DNA of 63,122 nt from a virus (Duplodnaviria > Caudoviricetes): positions 1 through 63,122 of the IMG/VR virus record IMGVR_UViG_3300032516_005551, one strand, 5' to 3'. The notes below the pieces were generated by a model. It did no database searches, was not told where the DNA came from, and saw only the letters and a program-made list of their open reading frames with translations. Positions 1 to 9,610 of the stretch are shown here, in pieces. Positions within the stretch are counted from its first letter, which is position 1, and every line of letters begins with the position of its first letter. Made by a program: the position numbers and the translations under genes.

Positions 1-127
1 TATTCATTTTATCCTCTCTCTTGTCTACACCCGGCGAATACATCCCGGGATAGTTCTATATATACCAGTTATTAGATTAGTTGTCAAGGGTATAGGATAT
101 ATTGATTCTGCATATAGCACAGCCATA
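1..127. repeat. Terminal direct repeat, left copy (127 bp)
   Basis: Identical to 62996-63122. A length of 127 matches a common assembler k-mer, so this indicates a circular or circularly permuted complete genome. Confidence 0.95.
59..87 (-). promoter_or_regulatory. Sigma70-like promoter driving the leftward early genes
   Basis: On the minus strand: TTGACA (87-82), 17 nt, then TATATA preceded by TGG. It points toward the small-gene array ending near 63002 across the junction. Confidence 0.55.
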
Positions 128-551
128 GTACTGGCGCCAGCCCACAGGCGCTAGCCCACAGGCGCTATGTAGAATATAGGCTTGCCTGGGACCATCCCGC
201 TTGTCGTTTATGGATTAATTTTTCCCAGAAAAAATTATGGCCGATTAGCCCTCAGGTATATAAGTCCTTACTATATAAGTTTATATATACCATGTGGCGC
301 ACAGTATGAATATGTCTAGAATAGCCATTCTAATAACGCAATGTATACAGCTGCACCCAGGACCCGGCCAGCAGAATTAAATCAAAAACGAAAAAACATG
401 CAAAAGCCAAATTGCACTATGCACTCCCCCTCTTAAAAAAAATCCATAGAATCCGGATTCACATTTATGGATATAGTAATTAATGGAACCTAATGGGGGT
501 ATAACGGGGGAGGAATGGTGGTAGAATGGGGGGGGTGAGAGGAAAACTAAC

Positions 552-932
552 ATGAACAAGAATCAAACACTGAACAAGAATCAAACACTGAATACATTCA
601 AACGGCAATTCAAGCGTTGGTCTTACATGGTCGAACATTACGGATGGAAATATACTGTTCAATATTACGATTCTTACGAGGACATGCCGGAGGAATTTCA
701 AACCGAATCATGCGCTGCCGGTACCATTGTCCACTTCAAATACCTTGAGGCGACTATTTATGTTAATCTTAAGATGTGTGCGCGTATGGATGAGAAGGGA
801 ATTGAATATATTGTCATCCATGAATTGACGCACCTGCTGGTATCCCCGCTCCAGGAGAATTCGGAATCGACCCCGCTTGAATATAGCGTTACATCAATTG
901 CCCGTATCTTTCAGGGATTGCGAAGCCAATGA
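552..932 (+). CDS. Small zinc metallopeptidase-like protein (HExxH)
   Basis: VIHELTH motif, GAGG RBS, and an N-terminal 18-bp tandem duplication (NKNQTL x2). Confidence 0.6.
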   Translation: MNKNQTLNKNQTLNTFKRQFKRWSYMVEHYGWKYTVQYYDSYEDMPEEFQTESCAAGTIVHFKYLEATIYVNLKMCARMDEKGIEYIVIHELTHLLVSPLQENSESTPLEYSVTSIARIFQGLRSQ

Positions 933-1110
933 TGAACACGATCTTACATCTTGGCGACTGCATTAAATATATGTACTGGATAAATAAGTCTGTATAGAAT
1001 TACCTGTACTTATGAAAATCAACCGAGAATCGCGTATCAACTTTCACTAAAAATCCGTTTTCAGCATATTGTTGAAAATACCCAATTCACTGAAAAGGTG
1101 TATAATAACT

Positions 1111-1361
1111 GCGTAGGCTCGTCATTAAGACGTTTGTGCGGGGGTGGAGAAAACTGGTGGAAGGATACTGTATATGCGGGGTGCTCCTAAATTATGCAGT
1201 CCCACCGGGATTAAACTCCACTTACACGGCGGACAGCATCGTCTCGGTTCGTGGACAACATCGCAGGGCCTACAACGGGATATTCTGCGCGTCGATAGAG
1301 GTGTTACCAGGTCCAGTGCCCTGGGTGAGCCCGTGAGTCGCCAGGCGAGTCACAAACGCAG
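1111..1361 (+). ncRNA. Candidate structured non-coding RNA
   Basis: Follows TATAAT at 1101-1106. Nested stems: 1113-1120/1266-1273, 1144-1149/1216-1221, 1154-1160/1202-1208 and 1167-1174/1193-1200, plus 3' hairpins. Confidence 0.45.
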
Positions 1362-1461
1362 AGTTGCGCACTGTACTATATTTGAGGCTGGACCATGTGA
1401 AGATCCTACGTTTTGCGTCGGGGAGTATGATCTGGCCTTAATAAAAACAAGGAGAGCGGAA

Positions 1462-1716
1462 ATGAGTGCGATCAGGCGAGCGATATACTTTGCAGCCATA
1501 CATTCGGCTGATCATGGGATAGGGGAAGAGGCTTTTGGAGAACTGGACCTGATGGAGAAGAAGATATTGGAATTGGAAGCGCAGGTTCAGGGATTTATCG
1601 GGAAGCAGAATATGCCTGCCTGGAAGGAGCAGATGGGAGAGGTGGATAAAAGTGAGATCGTGATGACTGCGGTACCCAGGAAAGGGAAAAGGAGAAATGT
1701 TAATCACCCCGGCTGA
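1462..1716 (+). CDS. Hypothetical protein (MSAIRRAIYF...)
   Basis: AAGGAG RBS before ATG 1462; C-terminal part of the track ORF 1144..1716. Confidence 0.6.
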   Translation: MSAIRRAIYFAAIHSADHGIGEEAFGELDLMEKKILELEAQVQGFIGKQNMPAWKEQMGEVDKSEIVMTAVPRKGKRRNVNHPG

Positions 1717-2134
1717 TCACTGGTTCAGTTTATGTATACGGGAGAGAGCGGGATGGGTATGTGAAATGTGCGGGACAAAATACCCCAGGGGGGCCAGAGG
1801 AGTACATTGCTCTCACTACTTTGGGCGGGGGATGTGGGCGACGAGGTTTGAGCCGATCAACTCGTTTTGTCACTGTTTTGCCTGTCACAGAAAGGTAGAG
1901 GAGAATCCGGATATGTTTCATGCCTGGGTGGAAAAGAGGTTGGGAGAAGAGAAACTTGGTATCCTGAGGGAGAAGGCATATAATGTTGATCTTGGCAAAG
2001 AGATACGAAGGACGAGGGGCAAAGGGGAAATAGCGGAGCATTTTGAGCAAGAGTACAATGATATGCTGGAAATAAGAAAGATGGAGAAAAAAGAAGTGAT
2101 GTTTAAAGAAGTGATGTTTGTAGGATGGAGATAA
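1697..2134 (+). CDS. ninG: NinG/Rap-like recombination endonuclease (HNH-like)
   Basis: ADxxFSxxIRxR, CxxCG, HyFgR, ATRFePiN and CxxCH pattern typical of the lambda NinG family. Confidence 0.7.
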   Translation: MLITPADHWFSLCIRERAGWVCEMCGTKYPRGARGVHCSHYFGRGMWATRFEPINSFCHCFACHRKVEENPDMFHAWVEKRLGEEKLGILREKAYNVDLGKEIRRTRGKGEIAEHFEQEYNDMLEIRKMEKKEVMFKEVMFVGWR

Positions 2135-2182
2135 ATCGTGTTACAATATAGTTCTCCTTATGCGTAGGGTGCATAGGATCCT

Positions 2183-2213
2183 GGCTGCCCCCGGCCCTCT
2201 CCCGGGGGCAGCT
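2183..2213 (+). terminator. GC-rich hairpin, possible terminator
   Basis: GGCTGCCCCCGG/CCGGGGGCAGCT stem with only a weak T tract. Confidence 0.45.
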
Positions 2214-2257
2214 CTATTTAGGGCGATGGACAGTCCTATTTGTGGTAGAATGTTGGC

Positions 2258-2824
2258 ATGGATACTGCCTATTTCACATCTTATTTCAGTGTTTTGAAAG
2301 AAGCCGTTCGGGATGTATCATTGCTCCCCCTTGCCCAGGCCGCAAGGCTTCTTGGGAATGCAAAAAACTTTGGACAGAGGGTGTGGGTAGTAGGAAATGG
2401 GGGGAGTGCCGCAACGGCCATTCATTTTGCGAATGATCTCCAGAAAATATGTGGCATTGACGCTCTGCCTTTACCAGCTCTCATATCCACCGTAACGGCA
2501 TACGGCAATGATAACGGGTGGGACAAAATGTTTTCACTGGCGATGAAATCTTTTCGGATCGGAAACATACTGGTCGCCATCTCTTACAGTGGAACTTCTA
2601 AGAATGTTATCGAGGCAGCCAAACACGCTCTGGAGTGCGATGGAAAACTGATCGTTCTGACCGGAGAGGTATGGGAAGAGAATATCCTCGGGAACATGCC
2701 AGGAGTGATCATTTCTGTCCCAAGCGATGATATCAAGATTGTAGAGGATGTGCATCTGGCTATATGTCATTCAATCAGCGGAGCCATACATGCAATGCCA
2801 AGCATACAAAAAAAGTTGTCCTAA
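2258..2824 (+). CDS. gmhA: Sedoheptulose-7-phosphate isomerase (SIS domain)
   Basis: GNGGSAA.A.HFA.DL, TAYGNDNG, ISYSGTSKNVI and EDVHLAICH motifs. Confidence 0.85.
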   Translation: MDTAYFTSYFSVLKEAVRDVSLLPLAQAARLLGNAKNFGQRVWVVGNGGSAATAIHFANDLQKICGIDALPLPALISTVTAYGNDNGWDKMFSLAMKSFRIGNILVAISYSGTSKNVIEAAKHALECDGKLIVLTGEVWEENILGNMPGVIISVPSDDIKIVEDVHLAICHSISGAIHAMPSIQKKLS

Positions 2825-3578
2825 ATGTGGTTTCTTCTATGACAAAATTTACACAGGGAAAAAGATATGCCCGGAATGCGGGACGCAAAGAGCCAGGTGT
2901 AAAGGTTATGCAGTTCTTCCATACAGGTTTTGTAAGTTTCACGGCGGTCCTAACCCAAAAAACAATTTCTATGGAATGGGTCACATGTTAACTTCAGGGA
3001 AATCGTCACAGTTTGAATTGACCCGTCTGGCGGGTAAGTACATAGAAATGAAGAAGGATGGAAGATTACTCTCCAATCGGGCTTCCATGGAGGTTGTAAG
3101 AGTCAGGATTCAGCAACTACTGGATCGGATTGATATGAACCAGGCACCTGATCGATTGAAGAACATAAAGGACTTATGGGAAAACTTCAAAAATAGTGGT
3201 GGTTCCGGGCAAGCAGAATATTCCCGGTTGCTTGATGAAGAATTCGAAAAGGCATATCATGATTATGCGGCATGGAAGCAGATGTTCGAGGCTATCGATG
3301 TTGACCGGAAGCTGGTCGAGAGTGAAGTAAAGATCATCAAAGACATGCGCGCTGTTCTTACGGCGGAAGACGGTTATGAACTCACAGCTCAGTTGATGGC
3401 CGCAGTTATGGCAGCCACAGGAGCTATGCCAGAAATACCAGATAACGTCAAGAGGAATTTTCTGAAGAGGATCCAATATGAATTTACGAGAGTCGTTGGC
3501 GAGCGGATTGGTGACAGGGCTGGAAGAGGCTTCACAGAAGATAGTGACGCCGAGAGCGGTGACGTGGATCGAGAATAA
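2790..3578 (+). CDS. Putative terminase small subunit
   Basis: CxxC zinc motifs and CKFHGG (HGGxSTG-like) N-terminus, then a helical body; directly upstream of and overlapping terL. Confidence 0.6.
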   Translation: MQCQAYKKSCPKCGFFYDKIYTGKKICPECGTQRARCKGYAVLPYRFCKFHGGPNPKNNFYGMGHMLTSGKSSQFELTRLAGKYIEMKKDGRLLSNRASMEVVRVRIQQLLDRIDMNQAPDRLKNIKDLWENFKNSGGSGQAEYSRLLDEEFEKAYHDYAAWKQMFEAIDVDRKLVESEVKIIKDMRAVLTAEDGYELTAQLMAAVMAATGAMPEIPDNVKRNFLKRIQYEFTRVVGERIGDRAGRGFTEDSDAESGDVDRE

Positions 3579-6009
3579 CTTTTATATTCCGGAGACACGC
3601 GCCGATCCACACCTGAATGGAAGAATAGGGCTTCAGACTTACCAACGGGATGTATTGAACGAAGCATTGACCCCGGATAAGGATGGGAAATTCAAATATT
3701 CCATCATCGTCTGGTCAGATATTAAGAAGAGTGCAAAGTCGACCATCGCAGCAGCCATGACCCTTTACCGGGCGACCTTCACGGAATTCGGGGAATTCTA
3801 TGTGATCGCCAATGACTTGAAACAAGCGGACTCGCGCGTAGCGCATTACATTCGCCGCGCCGTTGAACTCAATCCGAAGATGCGAAAAAGGTATAAACAA
3901 TTGGGATACAGGATAACTGCTCCTAGTGGTTCTTACATCGAAGCCATCCCCATTGATCCATCCGGAGAGGCTGGAACGAACGCTGATTGTGTTCTTTTCT
4001 CAGAATTGTGGGGAGCGCATGAAGAAGACAAGAATAAAATGTGGTGTCTTGACGACCAGACAGAGGTTTTGACCCGTAATGGATTTAAGTTTGGGTTGAA
4101 CTTATCTTTAGATGACGAAATTGCTGTTTACCAAAACGGAGATGTTTTTTGGGAAAAACCACATGGGATATTTAACCAACCATTTTCCGGAAAGTTACAT
4201 ACATACGAACACAAGCACTTCAGCCTTTGGTGTACGGAAGATCATCGTTTGGTTGGTAAGTATTCTCTTTCAGGAACAACCAAATTGAGAAATGGGGATT
4301 TTTATGGCGTTTTCCCATCAAACGAATTGAGGAAACTTAAGATAAATTATTATCATCCCATTATGACCGTTGACGAGGTTGATCACAGTGTATTCGAACA
4401 TCCTGATATTGTTATTCCAAAGACGAAGTTCAAGGACGAAAAGAAAATCCTGTGGAAGAAATGGGTTGCGTTTTTGGGTTTATATTTGACAGAGGGATCC
4501 ACTTCTGATTTTAGAGGTGTTCCTTGTAAGGTAAGAATATTTCAACTCCGAAAACCTCATCCCGATAAGTATGACGAAATATTAAATATTCTGCGTGATT
4601 GTTTTGGGGATTGGACTTTAGTAAATAAATATGATGGATTTACAATCGCCAGTACAGAGGTTTCAAAATTAACCAAATCATTTGGAACGACTTGGCAAAA
4701 AAGAGTTCCCAGAGAAATTATTGAGAGTTCCCCAGATGTTTTGGAAACATTTCTCCATAGTTATATTCTTGGAGATGGAACGATTAAAGAAGACGGAAGT
4801 TTTTCAATATGCTGTGCATCTTCTGGAATGGCAGATGATATTCAAGAGATAGCATTCCGGCTCGGGTATCGAGTATCAAAACGCCCTCACATGAATAAAT
4901 ACTGGAGAGTATATCTTTCTCCTAAAAACGGGGAGACAACTGTTCTGGTAGAGAAGAAACACTGGAAAGAACGTGAGTATTCTGGACGAGTATGGTGTCC
5001 ATCTGTTTCTACCGGAATGTTTGTGGCGCGTCGGGATGGATGGATATTCATTACCGGAAATTCCGAAATGACATTAAGCCCAACCAAGTATGGACACTCA
5101 TTTCGCTGGATCGAGAGTTACGCTGGATTCATGGAAGAGTCCGACCTGCTCTATTCGCTTTATGAACTTGGTGTGAAGCAGGGGGAACTCTTATGGCCTG
5201 ATCGGGTTTATAACGTAACCGAAGGTCCACCTACCCAGCTTGAATTGTATGTTAACAAATCTGCGGGCATGTTGTGTCTATGGAATACTCAGCCGAGATG
5301 CCCCTGGCAAACTCGCGAATATTACGAGTCAGAAGAGAAGATTCTGCCTCCAGGACAATTCTTACGCCTTCATCGCAATCAGTGGGTGAGTAATACAGAA
5401 ACCTTTGTTCCAATGGAATGGTGGTACTCTTGCCGACGATCGCCTGAAGAATGGCCAGTTATTGATAATGATAGGCATCCTGTTGTTGTAGCCATGGATG
5501 CGGCGACATCCAATGATAACTTCGGTATCTGGGCAGGATCCAGGCATCCGCAATTCCATGATGAGGTCATAACCCTTTTCGCGCAGAAATGGGCACCGAA
5601 TAAATTTACCGGTAAGATAGACTTCCAGGGGACAGAAGAACACCCAGGTCCAGAACGCGCTCTTCGCACTCTCGTTGAAAGATATAATGTAATTCAGATT
5701 TGCTATGATCCATTCCAGCTTCATGATATGTCTATGAGGTTAAAACAGGAAGGATTAGCCTGGCTCAAAGCATTCAACCAGGGGGCAGATCGTCTGCTCG
5801 CCGACAGCCAGTTCAGGGATCTTATCCGGGATCGTCGTTTCTGGCATAGAGGTGAACCTGACCTCACAGAACATGTTCAGAACGCAAATGCCAAACTGGA
5901 TGATCAGGATTCAAGAATCCGGTTGGTAAAACGCGTTGACCGGCTGAAAATAGACCTAGCCGTTGCCGCCAGCATGGGAAGTTACACTCTCTTATACTTG
6001 AATTTATGA
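3478..6009 (+). CDS. terL: Terminase large subunit containing an intein
   Basis: YQ motif, Walker A-like IKKSAKST, Walker B-like VLFSE, nuclease motifs MDAA, YDPFQ and KIDLAVA. Confidence 0.9.
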   Translation: MNLRESLASGLVTGLEEASQKIVTPRAVTWIENNFYIPETRADPHLNGRIGLQTYQRDVLNEALTPDKDGKFKYSIIVWSDIKKSAKSTIAAAMTLYRATFTEFGEFYVIANDLKQADSRVAHYIRRAVELNPKMRKRYKQLGYRITAPSGSYIEAIPIDPSGEAGTNADCVLFSELWGAHEEDKNKMWCLDDQTEVLTRNGFKFGLNLSLDDEIAVYQNGDVFWEKPHGIFNQPFSGKLHTYEHKHFSLWCTEDHRLVGKYSLSGTTKLRNGDFYGVFPSNELRKLKINYYHPIMTVDEVDHSVFEHPDIVIPKTKFKDEKKILWKKWVAFLGLYLTEGSTSDFRGVPCKVRIFQLRKPHPDKYDEILNILRDCFGDWTLVNKYDGFTIASTEVSKLTKSFGTTWQKRVPREIIESSPDVLETFLHSYILGDGTIKEDGSFSICCASSGMADDIQEIAFRLGYRVSKRPHMNKYWRVYLSPKNGETTVLVEKKHWKEREYSGRVWCPSVSTGMFVARRDGWIFITGNSEMTLSPTKYGHSFRWIESYAGFMEESDLLYSLYELGVKQGELLWPDRVYNVTEGPPTQLELYVNKSAGMLCLWNTQPRCPWQTREYYESEEKILPPGQFLRLHRNQWVSNTETFVPMEWWYSCRRSPEEWPVIDNDRHPVVVAMDAATSNDNFGIWAGSRHPQFHDEVITLFAQKWAPNKFTGKIDFQGTEEHPGPERALRTLVERYNVIQICYDPFQLHDMSMRLKQEGLAWLKAFNQGADRLLADSQFRDLIRDRRFWHRGEPDLTEHVQNANAKLDDQDSRIRLVKRVDRLKIDLAVAASMGSYTLLYLNL
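4045..5061 (+). mobile_element. Intein with LAGLIDADG homing endonuclease (339 aa) in terL
   Basis: Starts CLDDQTEVLT; block B CTEDHRL; LAGLIDADG motifs FLGLYLTEGS and FLHSYILGDG; ends VWCPSV...ITGN followed by Ser at +1. Confidence 0.9.
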
Positions 6010-6054
6010 TGTTATAATTGGAAAGCGATATTTCTCACTTGCAGGAGGAGACAC

Positions 6055-6360
6055 ATGGCACGATTACTGGATGATAAACCGATCAGATTTAACCCGGGCA
6101 CATCCGAGGCCCATCATTCAATTACGATTGGGGCGGCATTGTACGATATGTACGTCCCGTTGAACGCCAAGTGCGTTCTTATTCAAGCAACTGCCAAAGA
6201 CATTCGTTTTACCCTGGATGGGACTGCTCCTACCGGTGTAGTAGGTTTTATGCTGGTGGCCAGTGCAGCACCTCTCTTGATTGAGATCACCGAACACACA
6301 AAATTTATGTTCTTTGGATCGGATGCCGCTGCCATGCTCAACTACTGTTTTGGAGAATAA
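6055..6360 (+). CDS. Hypothetical protein, possibly virion-associated
   Basis: GGAGGAG RBS; IRFTLDGTAPT beta-rich motif; lies between terL and portal. Confidence 0.6.
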   Translation: MARLLDDKPIRFNPGTSEAHHSITIGAALYDMYVPLNAKCVLIQATAKDIRFTLDGTAPTGVVGFMLVASAAPLLIEITEHTKFMFFGSDAAAMLNYCFGE

Positions 6361-6485
6361 CATGGGAAAATATGAGAAGAAGCCACCGAAGAATCCAGCC
6401 TCAACAAACAGCATGAGACGTCAGAAAGGGCGCATCTCAAAGAAGACCGCAATCATCAGAAAGAAAAAGTAAGATAATAAGTTCG

Positions 6486-6499
6486 CCGTTTTATAACGG
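6486..6499. promoter_or_regulatory. Palindromic operator-like site CCGTT-N4-AACGG
   Basis: One of six copies (6486, 37974, 47411, 57862, 60768, 61889); immediately upstream of an RBS. Confidence 0.5.
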
Positions 6500-6510
6500 G
6501 AAAGGAAGCG

Positions 6511-6984
6511 ATGAAATACAAAGCGAAGCGAAGTGACGTAAGGACGCGGGAACTCCCGCCGAAGGTCGTACAAACTAAAAAGGGTATCTTGATCAACTGT
6601 CCATTTTGCACGCCTGCGCACGTGATCCTCCCTGGGGTGGAAAGTCCCTGCGGGACGACTCTGCGTGTTACTGCCGTACAAAGCTATTTGACCTCGCACA
6701 CCACAAAGCAATCCAAGATCCATTGTGTGAAATGCGGTCAGGTAGGTGGTGAAATGACCAAGTATCGTGACGGGTTTGTTCATCTCAATGAGTGTTCTCC
6801 AGGAACTAAACTGCTCACAGAGATTCCCCCGTTATCGAATGTAGCCAAATTCATATTCAAATTCCCTGACAGGCTGCGTACTTTTGTAGAAAAACGTACC
6901 GGCGCGGTGAAGGAATTACAAGAGATTGATAAAGAAGGGAAACCCACCGGAAAAATCCTGGGACACTTCTTCTGGAAAGGTTAA
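6511..6984 (+). CDS. Zinc-finger hypothetical protein
   Basis: CPFC, H..C and CVKC motifs; AAAGGAAG RBS. Confidence 0.6.
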   Translation: MKYKAKRSDVRTRELPPKVVQTKKGILINCPFCTPAHVILPGVESPCGTTLRVTAVQSYLTSHTTKQSKIHCVKCGQVGGEMTKYRDGFVHLNECSPGTKLLTEIPPLSNVAKFIFKFPDRLRTFVEKRTGAVKELQEIDKEGKPTGKILGHFFWKG

Positions 6985-6986
6985 TT

Positions 6987-8720
6987 ATGGCGAGACCGCC
7001 CCAACTTACTCCTGAAAGCCAGTTCCCAGGCGAAGCAATTGCCCAAAGTGTTCAAAAGCCTTTGCAGGTTACATCTCTCCCCGCAAGCACTGTATTCACA
7101 TGGAATATTGCAACCGCAGCCGATTCCATTACGCCATGGGGTAGAAATGTTCCTTTAAGAGACAGGCAGTTGCGTGAATTCTGGCCAACGGAGTCCTTTC
7201 TGGCGGGCGCTCTTTGTAATGTGTCATTCAGGAATGCCGCTTATGAGTGGGAGATTCGAGGTCTATCCCCCAGTGTGGAAGTCGCTGTTTCCAACGTATT
7301 AAAATCAGCCATTGCAGGGGATTCGTTCGGATGGACTAATTTCATTCTGAAATTCTCACAGGACTTGTATTCACAGGATAATGGGGCATTTATAGAACTT
7401 ATTCGAGATCCAGGAGAGGACGCCAACAGCAAATTCAAAAACGAGCGGGCACCCGTACTGGGTATCTCTCACATGGATTCAAATCAGTGTACTCGGACTG
7501 GCAATCCGAAATTTCCTGTTATTTATTCGGACCGGTCAGGAAAAGATCATAAACTGGCTTGGTATCAGGTCATTCCATTTTCGGATTATCCATCAGCTAT
7601 TGAGAAAATGAACGGCGTTGGTGTTTGTGCCATTTCTCGAGCATTGAGACTTTCCCAGATCATGCGCAGTATTTTTATCTTCAAAGATGAGAAGATATCC
7701 GGGAGACATTATAAAACCCTGCACATGGTTTCTGGTGTGTCCCGACAGGACATAAAAGACATACTGGCGCAGGGTAGGGAAGATGCGGATAATGAGGGAC
7801 TGATTCGTTACATGGATCCAGCCATTCTTGCTTCCCTGGATCCGGAAAAACCAGTTTCCACCGCCTCGATCGATCTTGCCAACCTACCAGACGGATTTGA
7901 TTTCGATGGGGAAATGAAATGGTATATTGTAGGATTGGCACTTTGCTTCGGTGTTGACTACCAGGAATTCGCCCCACTCCCGGGTGACGGGATCGGATCG
8001 AGCGGACAGTCGCTTGTACTAGGCAAGAAGGCAAGTGGCAAAGGCCCCGCTATGTTCATGAAGATATCAGAGGCTTTCAAGAACTATGGCGTTTTTCCGC
8101 ATGGATATGAACAGGTATTTGAAGATCGGGATGAACAGCGCGAACTTGACAAACAAACATTGCGCAAACTGTTCCAGGAAGAAATGGCACTTGCTCTCCG
8201 TAATGGATTTCTTACCCCGGATGCTGCCAGAACCATCGGCAAAGAACGTGGATTTTACACAGGAACAGAGATCGACTCGATACCGATTGGTTATGGCGAG
8301 GATATTATTAATCCAAAGCAGATGCTTGGCTATACAGGCGGAAATACAATTGCCGAAGATGCCTCTAGGACTGGTGTTGGTACCCCCAATAATTCAGGAA
8401 GCAGTCGTCTTCAAAAAGATATTCAGCCAATCGAAATAAACAATATCATGCCACCTGAGAAAGACGTTATGAAATATTTCAAGAGAATGATGAAAGAACC
8501 TGTTATCAATGTGACCGTGGAGCCATCTCCAATAACGATCAATGTTCCAGAGCAGCCAACTCCCGTTGTGAATGTTGCTGCACCCATTATTAATATTCCT
8601 CCTCAACCAACACCGGTTGTAAATATCCAGACCCCCAAAGTCAAACGAGAGGTTCAAAAGGTAATTCGTGATCATTCTGGGAATATCGAATCTACCGAAA
8701 CAGAGGCTTACTATGATTAA
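6987..8720 (+). CDS. Portal protein
   Basis: Position after terL; DNGAFIELIR and LPDGFDF segments typical of portals; Pro/Val-rich C-terminal extension (INVPEQPTPVVNV). Confidence 0.75.
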   Translation: MARPPQLTPESQFPGEAIAQSVQKPLQVTSLPASTVFTWNIATAADSITPWGRNVPLRDRQLREFWPTESFLAGALCNVSFRNAAYEWEIRGLSPSVEVAVSNVLKSAIAGDSFGWTNFILKFSQDLYSQDNGAFIELIRDPGEDANSKFKNERAPVLGISHMDSNQCTRTGNPKFPVIYSDRSGKDHKLAWYQVIPFSDYPSAIEKMNGVGVCAISRALRLSQIMRSIFIFKDEKISGRHYKTLHMVSGVSRQDIKDILAQGREDADNEGLIRYMDPAILASLDPEKPVSTASIDLANLPDGFDFDGEMKWYIVGLALCFGVDYQEFAPLPGDGIGSSGQSLVLGKKASGKGPAMFMKISEAFKNYGVFPHGYEQVFEDRDEQRELDKQTLRKLFQEEMALALRNGFLTPDAARTIGKERGFYTGTEIDSIPIGYGEDIINPKQMLGYTGGNTIAEDASRTGVGTPNNSGSSRLQKDIQPIEINNIMPPEKDVMKYFKRMMKEPVINVTVEPSPITINVPEQPTPVVNVAAPIINIPPQPTPVVNIQTPKVKREVQKVIRDHSGNIESTETEAYYD

Positions 8721-8734
8721 GGAGAGGAAAATTT

Positions 8735-9610
8735 ATGGCTAAGTTCAGCGTAATCATTCCCGCCAGGAATGAAATATATTTACAAAAAACGATTGATGAT
8801 CTCCTGGCAAAAGCGACGGGTGATGTCGAGGTCATTGCCGTACTTGATGGTTACTGGCCGGTCCCCGAATTGAAAGAAGATCCCCGCCTGATCGTGATCC
8901 ATCGTGATAAACAGGGAATGCGTGCCTCGATCAATGCAGGCATGGATATTTCGCGGGGGAAATACGTTATGAAACTGGATGCCCATTGCATTCTTGCACC
9001 CGGATATGATAAGGCGCTTCAGGAAGATTTTGAGGATGATTGGGTGGTGATTCCCAGGCGCTACTCCCTGGAGATGGACACATGGGATATTCGATATCAT
9101 CGTCCGTTCGTGGATTATGAGTATCTTGGTTATCCATTGCACAACCGCCTGGTGCACAAAAGCAAGACCGGTATTCATGCTTATGTTTGGGATAAGCGCA
9201 TTGAGGACAGGGCGGATCAATTGATTGACGAGAATATGACGTTTCAGGGAAGTTGTTGGGTGGTTAACAAGGGCTATTACTTGAAACGAGTTGGCGAACT
9301 GCACAACGAGGGATATGGAACATTCATAGGAGAACCGCAGGAAGTTGGTTTGAAATACTGGTTGGGAGGCGGTAAGTGCATGGTCAATAAGAAGACCTGG
9401 TATTCCCATTTGTGGAAAGGTACACCATATCGAGAAGAATATAAAAATAGATTTGGCGTTGCTTACACCCGCATGAGTTTTACTGAACTAAAAGAAGGTA
9501 ACAAGTTCTCCGCTGATTTCTGGATGAACGATCGCTGGATAGAACGTATTCATGATCTTCGTTGGCTAATAGAAAGGTTTTCACCGGTACCTACATGGGA
9601 GGGCGTATGA
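8735..9610 (+). CDS. Glycosyltransferase family 2
   Basis: SVIIPARNE, VLDG and KLDAH (DxD-like) motifs. Confidence 0.85.
   Translation: MAKFSVIIPARNEIYLQKTIDDLLAKATGDVEVIAVLDGYWPVPELKEDPRLIVIHRDKQGMRASINAGMDISRGKYVMKLDAHCILAPGYDKALQEDFEDDWVVIPRRYSLEMDTWDIRYHRPFVDYEYLGYPLHNRLVHKSKTGIHAYVWDKRIEDRADQLIDENMTFQGSCWVVNKGYYLKRVGELHNEGYGTFIGEPQEVGLKYWLGGGKCMVNKKTWYSHLWKGTPYREEYKNRFGVAYTRMSFTELKEGNKFSADFWMNDRWIERIHDLRWLIERFSPVPTWEGV

Noticed and set aside
1-127. Biological terminal repeat (DTR)
   Set aside because: The length equals a common assembler k-mer and it cuts into a gene start; more likely a circular-assembly overlap.
1144-1461. N-terminal extension of the 190-aa ORF
   Set aside because: No good RBS at 1144, a strong RBS before 1462, and the region folds as RNA.
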